Position numbers and translations under genes: made by a program. Source: an uncultured Actinomycetes bacterium (GTDB taxonomy: Bacteria; Actinomycetota; Coriobacteriia; Coriobacteriales; Atopobiaceae). Taken from it: a stretch of DNA of 64,000 nt. Positions 1 to 9,163 of the stretch are shown in pieces. The stretch is from the NCBI GenBank assembly GCA_900313905.1, contig OMTG01000021.1, positions 28,017 through 92,016 of the forward strand, written 5' to 3'. Positions within the stretch are counted from its first letter, which is position 1; every line of letters begins with the position of its first letter. The notes beneath the pieces were generated by a model that did not search any database, had not been told where the DNA came from, and worked only from the letters and a program-made list of their open reading frames with translations.

Positions 1-2
1 CT

Positions 3-371
3 TTAGGCATTATCGCCCGTCCCAACGTGCTTCACCACATGAAGCTCATGCTGCTCGTGGTCGACCGTGTACTCATCGCACACAGCAGACAGGAGCAGAT
101 CCGCATAGGCCAAAGCCTCGTTCTCCTGCGCATCCGCATCGCCGAGGCCGAAATCGATCTGGACCGATCCCTTGTCGAGCTTGAACCCGACGTTGCAGGT
201 CTTCGGCTCGGTGGCGCAGGCATAGACGAAGCCTTCCTCCGCTGCCATGCGCAGATCCTCCACATCGTCGACGCTCAGCGAGCAGACGACCCCGAGGTTG
301 GCGGCAAGCATGCGCACGGACCGTGCAAAGTCCGCCTCCGGCGGGACGCTCAAACTTACGTACTGCTGCAT
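3..371 (-). CDS. small hypothetical protein (122 aa), weak resemblance to the N-terminal half of RsbW/SpoIIAB-type anti-sigma kinases
   Basis: Complete ORF. GGGAG-type RBS about 7 nt before the ATG at 371, and only a 12-nt gap to the upstream DUF948 gene. The EDLRMAAEEGFVYA helix resembles HATPase_c_2 proteins, but no ATP-binding G-boxes are seen. Confidence 0.5.
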   Translation of the reverse strand: MQQYVSLSVPPEADFARSVRMLAANLGVVCSLSVDDVEDLRMAAEEGFVYACATEPKTCNVGFKLDKGSVQIDFGLGDADAQENEALAYADLLLSAVCDEYTVDHEQHELHVVKHVGTGDNA

Positions 372-383
372 GGAAATGGCTCC

Positions 384-941
384 CTACTTGTTTTCGCTGT
401 CTTCTGCGGTCTCTGCCTTCTCCTGTACCCCCGGATAGGTGACATAGCCGCTTGCATGGGCAGGCTCCACGGTCTCTTCAGGCTCTGGCGTGCTCTCCTC
501 GCCCTTGGCTTCGCTCAGCGCCTTCTTCGGGGCCTTGCTGCCGGTGAGCGCCGAGGCAAGGCGGGCGCCTGCAGTGGCAGCGCCTGCCGCGACCTTCTGG
601 ACGCCGGCGGAGACGGCCTCGGTCGCGCCTGCTGCCGTGCCGGAGACCTGAGACACATCGCCCAGGATGCCATTCACCCGCTCGAGGCTCGCATTGGCCT
701 TGTCGACCGCATCACGTGCCCCTTCGACGATGGGCTCGACCTGCTTCATGGAAGGCTGGAGATCGTCCACCATGCCGTCGGCCTTCGCGATGATGGGCTG
801 CAGCTCCTCGAGACGGTCATTGGCTGTTGTGGTCACCTCGTCGATCGATTGGCGCGCTTTGCGTATGGTGATGGCGAGCTCAGCGACAGCCCAGATGGCG
901 ACAGCGACCAGAATGGCAAGAAGCACCTGCGTGAGACTCAT
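384..941 (-). CDS. DUF948-like membrane-anchored coiled-coil protein
   Basis: Start moved to the internal ATG at 941 (MSLTQVLLAILVAVAIWAV), preceded by a GAAGGGAG RBS. One N-terminal TM helix followed by heptad-like helical repeats and an acidic tail, as is typical of DUF948. Confidence 0.7.
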   Translation of the reverse strand: MSLTQVLLAILVAVAIWAVAELAITIRKARQSIDEVTTTANDRLEELQPIIAKADGMVDDLQPSMKQVEPIVEGARDAVDKANASLERVNGILGDVSQVSGTAAGATEAVSAGVQKVAAGAATAGARLASALTGSKAPKKALSEAKGEESTPEPEETVEPAHASGYVTYPGVQEKAETAEDSENK

Positions 942-1016
942 GATGGCTCCCTTCGAGAAAAGCCCTGAACGATTGCGGTCCCCAGCCCGCCAAGCGGGCA
1001 TTCCTGTAAAGGGATT

Positions 1017-2408
1017 CTATCCTTTTTCATCCCTCTTATGCGTATCTGGCTTCCCGCCGCCGCGCTGGATGCGCTCACGGGCCTCCTGGCGGTCGCGTGC
1101 CGTCTGCTCGATCCGCCAGGTCTCCCACCCACGTCCGCTCGGATGCCAGAAGGCGCCCGGGACGATCCCGTCAGGCAGATACTGCTGGGGCACCCAGCCC
1201 TCCGGATAGTCGTGGGGATAGAGATAGCTGCCATAGCCTTCCGAGCCCGGACGATGCCGGTCGCGCAGGTAGCTCGGCACCTCGCGCCGCGGTCCATGCC
1301 TGACCTCTTCGAGCGCCGCATCGATGGCCGCCTCGGCGGCGTTCGATTTCGGCGCCAGGGCATTGTAGAGCGCGGCCTGCGTGAGGTTGATGCGGCATTC
1401 CGGATAGCCGATGACCTCGGCAGAGCGGAAGGCGGCAGCTGCCACGACGACCGCCATCGGATCGGCGTTGCCGATGTCCTCGGAAGCGCAGATGAGGATG
1501 CGGCGGGCGATGAACTTCGGGTCCTCCCCCGCATCGATCATGCGTGCGAGCCAATAGACCGTGGCATCGGGATCGGATCCCCGCATCGACTTGATGAAGG
1601 CGGAGATGACATCGTAGTGCTCATCCCCCGACTTGTCGTAGCTCTGCCCATGGTGGGGATTGGCCTCGTCGACGAGCGCGCGGGTGATCTGGAAAGGCCC
1701 CTTGTCCTCATCTCCGCGCCCGGATGCAGCCGGTGCAGCCAGCTGCGATGCGAGCTCGAGGGAGGTGAGCGCTGCGCGCGCATCCCCTCCCGCCATGGTG
1801 ACGATCTCCTCGAGCGCATCATCGTCCAGGACGAAGCGGCCATCGAGCCCTTGGGGCGCATCCACAGCCCGCTTCACGATTGTCCGGATGTCCTCGTCTG
1901 CGAGATGCTCGAGCTCGACGACGCGGGAGCGCGAGAGCAGGGCCGAATTCACCTCGAAGTAGGGGTTCTCCGTCGTGGCGCCGATGAGGACGACGGTCCT
2001 GTCCTCCACCGCATGGAGCAGCGCATCCTGCTGGCTCCTGCTGAAGCGATGGATCTCGTCCACGAAGAGGATCGTGCGCCGCTCCTGCGTGAGCCAGCGG
2101 TGCTCGGCCTCGTCGATCTCGCGCCTCAGGTCCTTCACGGTCCCCGTCACGGCCGAGACCTCGACGAACTCCGCATGGGTCGTATGGGCGATGATATGGG
2201 CAAGGGTCGTCTTGCCGGTGCCTGCCGGTCCATAGAGGATGACGGAAGTGAGCATGTCGTGCTCGATGGCGGCACGCAGCCAGGAGCCGGGGCCGACCGC
2301 CTCGGCCTGCCCCACATAGTCATCGAGCGTCTCGGGGCGCATCCGCACCGCAAGCGGCGCCCGCCTCATGCGGGCAGCGCGCTCCATCCCCGAGAAGAGG
2401 TTGTCCAT
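1017..2408 (-). CDS. rarA: replication-associated recombination protein A (AAA+ ATPase RarA/MgsA)
   Basis: Walker A GPAGTGKTT, Walker [10 protein letters not shown], and the MgsA C-terminal domain (SMRGSDPDATVYWLARM, EDIGNADP). Confidence 0.92.
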   Translation of the reverse strand: MDNLFSGMERAARMRRAPLAVRMRPETLDDYVGQAEAVGPGSWLRAAIEHDMLTSVILYGPAGTGKTTLAHIIAHTTHAEFVEVSAVTGTVKDLRREIDEAEHRWLTQERRTILFVDEIHRFSRSQQDALLHAVEDRTVVLIGATTENPYFEVNSALLSRSRVVELEHLADEDIRTIVKRAVDAPQGLDGRFVLDDDALEEIVTMAGGDARAALTSLELASQLAAPAASGRGDEDKGPFQITRALVDEANPHHGQSYDKSGDEHYDVISAFIKSMRGSDPDATVYWLARMIDAGEDPKFIARRILICASEDIGNADPMAVVVAAAAFRSAEVIGYPECRINLTQAALYNALAPKSNAAEAAIDAALEEVRHGPRREVPSYLRDRHRPGSEGYGSYLYPHDYPEGWVPQQYLPDGIVPGAFWHPSGRGWETWRIEQTARDRQEARERIQRGGGKPDTHKRDEKG

Positions 2409-2411
2409 CGC

Positions 2412-3674
2412 CTAGCCCCTCCCTTTCTGCCCGTCCACCTTGTAGTCGAAATAGGAGCGTTTCGGGAAGAGCTCCTGGGCCTCCGGGAAGAGCGCCTCGC
2501 AGGTGGCGATGAAGTAGTCGTCCGTCATCGCGCTGATGAAGTCGACGACCGTCTGGTCCGGATCCGACTCCCAGTCATAGGTCCTCCCGTAATGGGAGAG
2601 ATGGGCAGTCAGCGGCTCGATATGGTGATGGAAGATTGCGCGGCTCTCATCGCCCTCGGCAAGCGCAGCCAGCTCATGCTCATAGAGCCTATGGAAGAGC
2701 TCGAGGATCGGCTCGGAGAAGTCTCCTGCGACCTCGCGGGCATGGTAGATCTTCTGGTAGTTCTCCTCCTTCGCGCGGGCAAGCTCGCGGAAGCCCTCCT
2801 CGCTCATCTGAATCTGCGGCTTCCCGAAGCTCTCATTCACGATGTCTGCCACAAACGACGAGAGGGCCCAGGCATTGTAGGCGCCGCCCAGCCCATCGTC
2901 GAAGGCATCGTCGCCGACAAGCCCCGACCTGATGGCGTCCTGGCGGTCCTTGCCCACATAGGCAATGATGTCAGAGAGGCGCACGACGCACCCCTCCCTT
3001 GTCATCGGCCGGAGCCCCTTCACGACAGAAGGGCCTTCCTGCCAGCAGCGCTCCACGATCCCATCGAACTCGCCGAATCCGGAAAGCCCGCTCGTCCTGA
3101 GCACCTGGCAGGCGAACTCCCCATTGTGGCAGAGCGCCCCATCCAGGGTCTGGAGCGCGATGTTCCTGCCATAGAGGACATCGAGGACCCGCACGCTCTG
3201 CACGTTGTGCATGAAGCAGCGGCCTGTATGCTCGTGGAAGACCTGGTTCAGGAAGTGCTCGCCCGCATGGCCGAAGGGCGTATGCCCCAGATCATGGCCC
3301 AGGGCGATGGCCTCGATGAGATCGAGGTTGAGCCCGAGGGCACGGCCGATGTCGCGTGCCACCCGGGCGACGAGCTGCACATGGAGCCCGCGCCGCGCCA
3401 CGTCGTCGTTCGCCGCGAAGGAGAAGACCTGTGTCTTGCCCGAAAGGCGGTTGTAGGCCGGCATGTGGATGATCTTCTCGATGTCCCGGAGGAATGCGGG
3501 GCGCATCACGCTCTCGGTGTCGGCCTCGCGCTCGTCACGCCGGAGCGCTGCGGCATCGCTCGTCGCCTCGGGGCTGAGCCCGCACGTGGCCAGCTGCCGG
3601 CGCACCCCCTCTTCCACATCCGGATCGAGGATCCCTGAAAGATGGGGCGCAAGCGGATTTCTGAGCTCTGCCAT
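2412..3674 (-). CDS. dGTP triphosphohydrolase-like HD-domain protein
   Basis: HD motif HDLGHTPFGHAGE. Start placed at the ATG at 3674 (MAELRNPL) because of the AGGAAGGGG RBS. The upstream ATG at 3713 lies 3 nt after the preceding stop and has no RBS. Confidence 0.85.
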   Translation of the reverse strand: MAELRNPLAPHLSGILDPDVEEGVRRQLATCGLSPEATSDAAALRRDEREADTESVMRPAFLRDIEKIIHMPAYNRLSGKTQVFSFAANDDVARRGLHVQLVARVARDIGRALGLNLDLIEAIALGHDLGHTPFGHAGEHFLNQVFHEHTGRCFMHNVQSVRVLDVLYGRNIALQTLDGALCHNGEFACQVLRTSGLSGFGEFDGIVERCWQEGPSVVKGLRPMTREGCVVRLSDIIAYVGKDRQDAIRSGLVGDDAFDDGLGGAYNAWALSSFVADIVNESFGKPQIQMSEEGFRELARAKEENYQKIYHAREVAGDFSEPILELFHRLYEHELAALAEGDESRAIFHHHIEPLTAHLSHYGRTYDWESDPDQTVVDFISAMTDDYFIATCEALFPEAQELFPKRSYFDYKVDGQKGRG

Positions 3675-3716
3675 GCCAAACCCCTTCCTGGTTGCAATTG
3701 CTTCCTCCAGCATAGC

Positions 3717-5570
3717 CTATCGTCTGGGGGCGCGGAGGCGGCAGAGCCCGCCAGCCGGACCCACCTCGAAGCCAAGCTTGCTATGGAGCCTGAGCGAGGG
3801 CTTGTTCTTGGCCTCCACCATGGCCCAAGGGACCTCGCCTGCCTTGAGGAGATGGTTCACGAGGGTGCCTTCGAGCGCCGATGCCCAGCCACGCCGGCGC
3901 GAGGCAGGGTCGACCTCCAAGGTGCCGATGCTGCCATCCTCCGCAAGGCCAATGAAGCCGATGAGCTTCCCGTCGTCGAAGCCGCCGAGAAACGACCCTT
4001 GCGCAAGCCGGACCTCCATCTCCTCGCGCGAGATGGAGCCCTTCCCCTCGATGAGGGCCATCGCATCGTCTGTGCGCTCGGGCCCGATGGGCTCGATGAG
4101 GTAGCGGACCGGCACCTTGATCCGGCGCTTCCCCTTGTAGACAGCCAGGTGGAGCGGAGAGGCATCCGCAAGGCCGAGCTCCTCCTGCGCGAAGCCTTCG
4201 AGCCCCGATCCGATCAGGCAGAGCTCCGTCCTGCTTCCCATGAGCGCAAGGACATTGCGTCCCAGCTCGGGGTCAGCCGCATAGGCCACCTGGGAGCCGG
4301 AAGGATAGCTGCAGAGGATGCAGCCTTCGTCCACGAAGAGCCAGCGCGCCTTGCCGTGGCGGGCAGCTTCACGGAGCGGGAAAGCGGCACGGGGCGCCTT
4401 AGCGAGGAGCTTCGCCGCTGCCGCGGAAAGCTCTTCCTGCGATCGCGTCTCGGGATGGAGGAGCAGCCAGATCCTGTCCGCCAGGCGCCTCTGCGATGCA
4501 GCCGTGAGGTGCCCATCGCCGTCAGCGAAGCTCTCACGTCCTGGATCCACCAGATGCGCTCCAGAGACGATCTCCATGCCGGGAAAGCGCCCTGCCTCCT
4601 TGGCCAGGACCTGGGGCACCTCCCCATAGCAGCTTGCCGGATGCGTCGGATAGCGCTCCATGCTCGCTGGCATGGTTGTGATCACATAGCAGGGGACCTC
4701 GGGCCAGAGCTTCCGGATTCCTGCAAGGAAGCCATGGACATCGCGCTCGAGCCTCGAGGCTGCATATCCCTCGTAGCGGTAGTTCGCGCCATACTCCACG
4801 ACGATTGCTGCCGGCGCCACCTCCTTGGGCATGCCCTCCAGGAACTGCGGCTGGAAGACCTGGCCGCCGATGCCCTGGTTGAGGGCCTCCATGCCCCACT
4901 TGTCGGCCAGAAGCCCCACCCAAGAGCGCGAAGGGTCCTCTGCGACAAAGCCCTGCGCGAGGGAGTCGCCGAGGACCAGAAGCTCGCGCTTTGCCTCCAC
5001 CGGCTCCAGATAGGTCCCGTCTCCCCAGATGTGGCCCACGCAGCAGCCCCTCAGGGCAGGCAGCCATATCTCGACCGCATGCTCAGGGCCGAAGCCCGGA
5101 AGACGCTGGAGATGCCAGCCGGGATGCACATCATCCGCATCGAGGAACCAGCTAGCAAAGGCAGGGCCGGAAGAAGCCGGCACGAAGGCAAGCCTCCTCC
5201 CATCGCAGAGGCAGCCCAGCCCGTCATGCGGAAGCCAGCCCTCAGGATCTGTGCCATCGATGTCCATGAGGACCTCGCGGGTCCCCCGCGGCTCCTCGTC
5301 GCATCTGATCTCGACGCCGATCTCCATGGAGTCGGTCCTGATGCGCAGGGTCACGCCTGCAGTCGTGCGAGCCATCTGCTTGAAGAGGCCGGGATGCCAT
5401 GCCATGCAGCTCCCGAGGATGCGCAGCTGCTCGGAGCCGATCCTCCACGGCCGCACGAAGCCATCCGCCCCATCCTCTGTCCTCACGCATCCATGGAGGA
5501 AGCGCCTGGCTGGAGCGCTGACCAGCTCGGAGCGTGTCTCTTCATTCAACATCATGTCTTTGAGACTCAT
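3717..5570 (-). CDS. fusion protein: N-terminal beta-sandwich plus SGNH/GDSL hydrolase plus C-terminal GNAT acetyltransferase
   Basis: Start at the ATG at 5570 (MSLKDMML) with an AAGGGG RBS. GDS block LLVLGDSLAQG, catalytic DGDGHLT (D-x-x-H), and a C-terminal GNAT signature LEVDPASRRRGWASALE. The N-terminal 102 codons in the ORF track are Arg/Trp-rich junk. Confidence 0.75.
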   Translation of the reverse strand: MSLKDMMLNEETRSELVSAPARRFLHGCVRTEDGADGFVRPWRIGSEQLRILGSCMAWHPGLFKQMARTTAGVTLRIRTDSMEIGVEIRCDEEPRGTREVLMDIDGTDPEGWLPHDGLGCLCDGRRLAFVPASSGPAFASWFLDADDVHPGWHLQRLPGFGPEHAVEIWLPALRGCCVGHIWGDGTYLEPVEAKRELLVLGDSLAQGFVAEDPSRSWVGLLADKWGMEALNQGIGGQVFQPQFLEGMPKEVAPAAIVVEYGANYRYEGYAASRLERDVHGFLAGIRKLWPEVPCYVITTMPASMERYPTHPASCYGEVPQVLAKEAGRFPGMEIVSGAHLVDPGRESFADGDGHLTAASQRRLADRIWLLLHPETRSQEELSAAAAKLLAKAPRAAFPLREAARHGKARWLFVDEGCILCSYPSGSQVAYAADPELGRNVLALMGSRTELCLIGSGLEGFAQEELGLADASPLHLAVYKGKRRIKVPVRYLIEPIGPERTDDAMALIEGKGSISREEMEVRLAQGSFLGGFDDGKLIGFIGLAEDGSIGTLEVDPASRRRGWASALEGTLVNHLLKAGEVPWAMVEAKNKPSLRLHSKLGFEVGPAGGLCRLRAPRR

Positions 5571-5628
5571 TGCACGGACCCCTTGGAAGCTTCCTCTGAT
5601 GGCAGCTTTCTGCCACATCCCTTTTATA

Positions 5629-6141
5629 TTAGCGGGGATTGCAGGAATCTGCAGCTTCGCGCACCGGCCGATAGGCCAAGACCAGATCCTCGAGGCGATA
5701 GCGTGCGTTCGCAGGGCTGGTCGAGGGCAGGCCACGTGCCGGCATGCCGCAGCTTGCCTCGCAGAAGCGGTGATAGAGCCGCGCTGCCGTGCCGCCAGTC
5801 GCAAAGATCGCCTGGATCGGCGCATGCGTGAGAAGCGATGCCACATCATTCGGCACCACATCCGTGATGCTGGCATCGGAGGCTCCCTTGATCCTGCAGC
5901 TGTGGATCACATCCCAGAGGGCGATGCGGTGGCGATGGCAGAAAGCGATGCGCTCCCCATTCTGGATGGGCGCATCCTCCTCCCAGAGGGCAGCCAAGAC
6001 CCGCCAGAAGCGGTTCTGCGGATTGCCATAATACATGGCAGCGTCACGGGATTTCGGGCTTGGCAGGCTTCCCAGGATGAGCACCCGTGCATCGTCCTGT
6101 ATGATCGGAGCAAGCGGATGGATGACGGTCTCAGTCTCCAT
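5629..6141 (-). CDS. DNA-deoxyinosine (hypoxanthine) glycosylase, UDG family 6-like
   Basis: Start at the ATG at 6141 (METETVIHPL). Motifs ILGSLPSPKSR, YYGNPQNRFW and IALWDV match the hypoxanthine-DNA glycosylase family pattern. Overlaps the upstream phosphatase stop by 11 nt. Confidence 0.8.
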   Translation of the reverse strand: METETVIHPLAPIIQDDARVLILGSLPSPKSRDAAMYYGNPQNRFWRVLAALWEEDAPIQNGERIAFCHRHRIALWDVIHSCRIKGASDASITDVVPNDVASLLTHAPIQAIFATGGTAARLYHRFCEASCGMPARGLPSTSPANARYRLEDLVLAYRPVREAADSCNPR

Positions 6142-6922
6142 CCAGCACGTCCTCGTAGAGCTCCTTGCGGTCGTCGAGCCGAAGCAGCAGGAGCCTGCCA
6201 TGCTCCGGGACAGATCCTGCCCCGCAGTCGATAACGAGGCGGTCGGCGACCATCCCCGTCTTCTCAGTCGCGCCCAGAGAGAGCATCTGGCAGCGCCCAT
6301 CCTCGTTGAGGGCTGGCCTGTCGGCCACATCGGCCATGGTCTCGGCGAGCACGGTCGGCGTATGGCCGGCGACGATGATGGGGCCTTGGCCCTTCTCGTC
6401 GACAAGGCCGGTCGGGCAGTCGAGATAGCCTTCGCGCACCCAGATCAGGTCGTCAGGATCCTGGACGGAAAGCGCCTCCTCGATGTGGTCTCTCGCATCT
6501 TCGGGAAGGCTTGCGCTCATGACGCCAGCATGCACGAGGATATAGGTGCGCTCCCCCACCGTCTTCACGACCCAGCGCCTGAGGCTGCGCACCCAGTCCA
6601 GCAGATCCTGGCGCTCTTCGGCCTCGAGGGCCTCAAGCCCCTTCGCCGTCGCAGCTCCGCCATTGATGACCCAGTTGAGTATGGCCATCGCGTTGTTCGG
6701 GTGGGCGTAGAAGTCGAGCATGAGCCCCTCGTGGTTCCCGAGGAGCACGGTCGTGTTCGGAAGGCTCCGGCACAGCTTCAGGACCCCGACGGAATCAGGG
6801 CCTCGGTCCACCATGTCGCCCAGAATATAGAGCTCGTCGTCTTCCGTGAGCGAAGCACGCTCGAGCAGCCGCTCAAGGGTCTTCATCCGCCCATGGATGT
6901 CAGAGAGGACATAGGTGGACAC
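6131..6922 (-). CDS. PPP-family metallophosphoesterase (Ser/Thr phosphatase / ApaH-like)
   Basis: GTG start with an AGGAGG RBS. Motifs SDIHG, GDMVDRG and GNHE. Confidence 0.8.
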   Translation of the reverse strand: MSTYVLSDIHGRMKTLERLLERASLTEDDELYILGDMVDRGPDSVGVLKLCRSLPNTTVLLGNHEGLMLDFYAHPNNAMAILNWVINGGAATAKGLEALEAEERQDLLDWVRSLRRWVVKTVGERTYILVHAGVMSASLPEDARDHIEEALSVQDPDDLIWVREGYLDCPTGLVDEKGQGPIIVAGHTPTVLAETMADVADRPALNEDGRCQMLSLGATEKTGMVADRLVIDCGAGSVPEHGRLLLLRLDDRKELYEDVLDGD

Positions 6923-7072
6923 AGAGGCACCTCCTTCGTTTGCATGCCGACAGTTCTCACTTTACGGCTTCAGGAAGGGATTGTGCCGCATCGCCCGGCT
7001 CCATCTCTGCAAATGGTCGCCTGCAGCCTGCGGGCGCGGGCGCCATTCCGGCCGTTCCAGCAGCGCATGGAG

Positions 7073-7465
7073 CTAGCTGATCTGCTTATCCAGCGCCACA
7101 AGCTCGTCGGGCACCGTCGAGAGGTCCCAGCCGAAGGCAACCGCCACGGCACGTGCCTGGTTGAGGCGAAGCTCTGCCATGCCCTCATCGCCCCTGCGCT
7201 CGTAGAGCGAGGAGAGCTTATTCAGGGTGTAGGCGACATATCCTGCCACCGTGTCGCCGATGCCCGAGAGGTCCATCATCGTCACGAGCGAATCCGGCGT
7301 CAGCATGAGCGCCGTCTCTGGATCGAGCTGGAGGATCTCCCCGACCGCATGCTCCACTTGGTGGATCGACTTCAGGTCGGCATGCTGGAAGGCATGGATC
7401 GTGGGGTCTGTGATCGCATCCACAAACTGGGAGATCAGCATCAGGATATAGTCGCGTTGCAGCAT
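7073..7465 (-). CDS. hypothetical helical protein (130 aa; resembles the DUF6483-type MxxxDYIxRxI N-terminus)
   Basis: ATG at 7465 with a TAGGAG RBS that overlaps the ruvB stop region, and a 9-nt gap after ruvB. No catalytic motif recognised. Confidence 0.6.
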   Translation of the reverse strand: MLQRDYILMLISQFVDAITDPTIHAFQHADLKSIHQVEHAVGEILQLDPETALMLTPDSLVTMMDLSGIGDTVAGYVAYTLNKLSSLYERRGDEGMAELRLNQARAVAVAFGWDLSTVPDELVALDKQIS

Positions 7466-7474
7466 GAAGTGCTC

Positions 7475-8527
7475 CTATGCATCCGTAGGCGGAATGAGTC
7501 CGAGATGGTCGAACGCTGCACGGGTCGCTTTCCTGCCTTGGGGCGTCCGGATCACCAGACCACACTGTAGCAAATATGGCTCGTAGACGTCTTCGATGGT
7601 CGAAGGATCTTCGCTGACGGCGCTGGCGATCGTGGTGAGGCCGACGGGGCGTCCCCGGAAGGTCTGGGTGAGCGCCTTCAGAATCTTGATGTCCATCCAG
7701 TCGAGGCCAAGCTCATCGATCTCGAAGAAGGAGAGGGCCTCCTGCGCCAGCTCCTCGGTGATGGTCCCATCGCTTCTGACCTGCGCATAATCGCGCACGC
7801 GCTTGAGGAGCCGATTCGCGAGGCGCGGCGTGCCGCGGCTCCTCGAGGCGATCTCGGCAGCGCCCTGCGCATCGATGGAGACGCCCAGGATGCCCGCAGA
7901 GCGGATGACGATCTGGGAGAGCTCGGGAATCGTGTAGTAGTCGAGCCGGTAGGAGATGCCGAAGCGGTCGCGCAGAGGGCCAGTCAGAAGGCCTGTCCTC
8001 GTCGTGGCGCCGACCAGCGTGAACTTCGGGAGGTCGAGCCTGATCGAGCGGGCGGCAGGCCCCTTGCCGATCACGATATCGAGGAAGAAGTCCTCCATCG
8101 CCGGATAGAGCACCTCCTCCACCTGATGGTTCAGGCGGTGGATCTCGTCGACGAAGAGCACATCTCCTGCCTCGAGGTTCGTGAGTATCGCAGCAAGGTC
8201 GCCCGTGCGCTCGATGGCAGGGCCGCTTGTCGTATGCATCTTGGCGCCCATCTCGTTCGCGAGGACGTTCGCCAAAGTCGTCTTGCCAAGGCCTGGAGGG
8301 CCCGAGAAGATCACATGGTCGAGCGGCTCGCCACGCTTCTTCGCAGCCTCGATGAGGACGCGGAGGTTGTCGCGCACCCGCTCCTGCCCGATATAGTCAT
8401 CCAGGGTCTTCGGCCTGAGCGTGCGGTCGACCTCGATATCGTCTTCCGCGAGCTCGCCCGACACCTGGCGTGAGTAGCCAGCGTGCCCCATATCATCGAA
8501 GAGGTCGTCAGTATCTGCCTGCCACAT
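7475..8527 (-). CDS. ruvB: Holliday junction branch migration helicase RuvB
   Basis: Walker [10 protein letters not shown], Walker [10 protein letters not shown], sensor and winged-helix regions. Its start directly abuts the ruvA stop (TAGATG). Confidence 0.95.
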   Translation of the reverse strand: MWQADTDDLFDDMGHAGYSRQVSGELAEDDIEVDRTLRPKTLDDYIGQERVRDNLRVLIEAAKKRGEPLDHVIFSGPPGLGKTTLANVLANEMGAKMHTTSGPAIERTGDLAAILTNLEAGDVLFVDEIHRLNHQVEEVLYPAMEDFFLDIVIGKGPAARSIRLDLPKFTLVGATTRTGLLTGPLRDRFGISYRLDYYTIPELSQIVIRSAGILGVSIDAQGAAEIASRSRGTPRLANRLLKRVRDYAQVRSDGTITEELAQEALSFFEIDELGLDWMDIKILKALTQTFRGRPVGLTTIASAVSEDPSTIEDVYEPYLLQCGLVIRTPQGRKATRAAFDHLGLIPPTDA

Positions 8528-9163
8528 CTAGATGCGTCCCCCCAATCGCTTGAGCGCATAGGCAAGCGCCGCCTCGACGGTCGTGGCCCCTGCCTCGTCG
8601 TAACCCTTGAGGCCGAGCTCTGCCTCCTGGGGGCTGAACCCCATGGAGAGGAGGGCCTGCGTCACGTCCTCCTCGATGGCAGGCGAGAGCGCCTGTGCGA
8701 GGCTTCCCTGCGCACCCTTCGAGACGGCCTTGCCCACTAGCCCCATGAGCTCGGGATCCTTCGTGAAGACACCCTGCAGCTCCAGGATCAGCCGGTGGGC
8801 CGTCTTCTTGCCGACGCCCGGCACCCGTGCCATCCGCACTGCATCGTCGGTGCCGACGATCTCCGCGAGCTCGGCTGGCGAGAAGGTCGAGAGCACCGAG
8901 AGCGCAAGGCGCGGCCCCACGCCCGACACCTGGACCAGCCGGTCGAAGAGCGCCCGCTCCTCCTTCGTCGCGAAGCCATAGAGCCTGATCGAATCCTGCC
9001 CCATGACAAGACGGGTGAGGAGCGTGACGCCCGCCTCCCCCACCTGGGGAAGCTGCGCTGCCGTATTGGCGGAGACGCCCATCTCATAGCCTACGCCCTG
9101 CACATCGAGCACCACATGGGTCGGAAGCACCTCGACGAGGGTTCCTGTCAGCTGCACTATCAC
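8528..9163 (-). CDS. ruvA: Holliday junction DNA-binding protein RuvA
   Basis: GTG start overlapping the ruvC stop (GTGA). OB fold at MIVQLTGTL and HhH motifs VSGVGPRLA and VPGVGKKTA. Confidence 0.93.
   Translation of the reverse strand: MIVQLTGTLVEVLPTHVVLDVQGVGYEMGVSANTAAQLPQVGEAGVTLLTRLVMGQDSIRLYGFATKEERALFDRLVQVSGVGPRLALSVLSTFSPAELAEIVGTDDAVRMARVPGVGKKTAHRLILELQGVFTKDPELMGLVGKAVSKGAQGSLAQALSPAIEEDVTQALLSMGFSPQEAELGLKGYDEAGATTVEAALAYALKRLGGRI

Noticed and set aside
1038-3638. An 866-aa plus-strand ORF, and similar very long ORFs at 9953-12250(+), 12271-14166(+), 14272-16608(+), 18619-20004(+), 19935-22337(+), 28329-29999(-), 31319-33172(+), 35664-37307(-), 38185-39627(-), 40689-42191(+), 50964-52952(+) and others.
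   Set aside because: Each lies antisense to a gene with strong family motifs (rarA/dgt, nadE-like/dfx, dnaE, addAB, marR/M20, gatB, sufB, sufS, nlpC/P60, the ABC genes). Their products are Arg/Gly/Leu/Asp/His-rich with no motifs. These are typical stop-codon-poor shadow ORFs of GC-rich DNA.
5571-5876. N-terminal extensions in the ORF track for several genes: 3717-5876, 5629-6405, 16240-19902, 25230-26615, 27353-28411, 47242-48774, 58213-59613 and 61460-62236.
   Set aside because: In each case the upstream part is Arg/Trp/Cys/Pro-rich, overlaps the neighbouring gene or intergenic signals, and lacks an RBS. An internal ATG or GTG with a Shine-Dalgarno sequence starts exactly where family homology begins.
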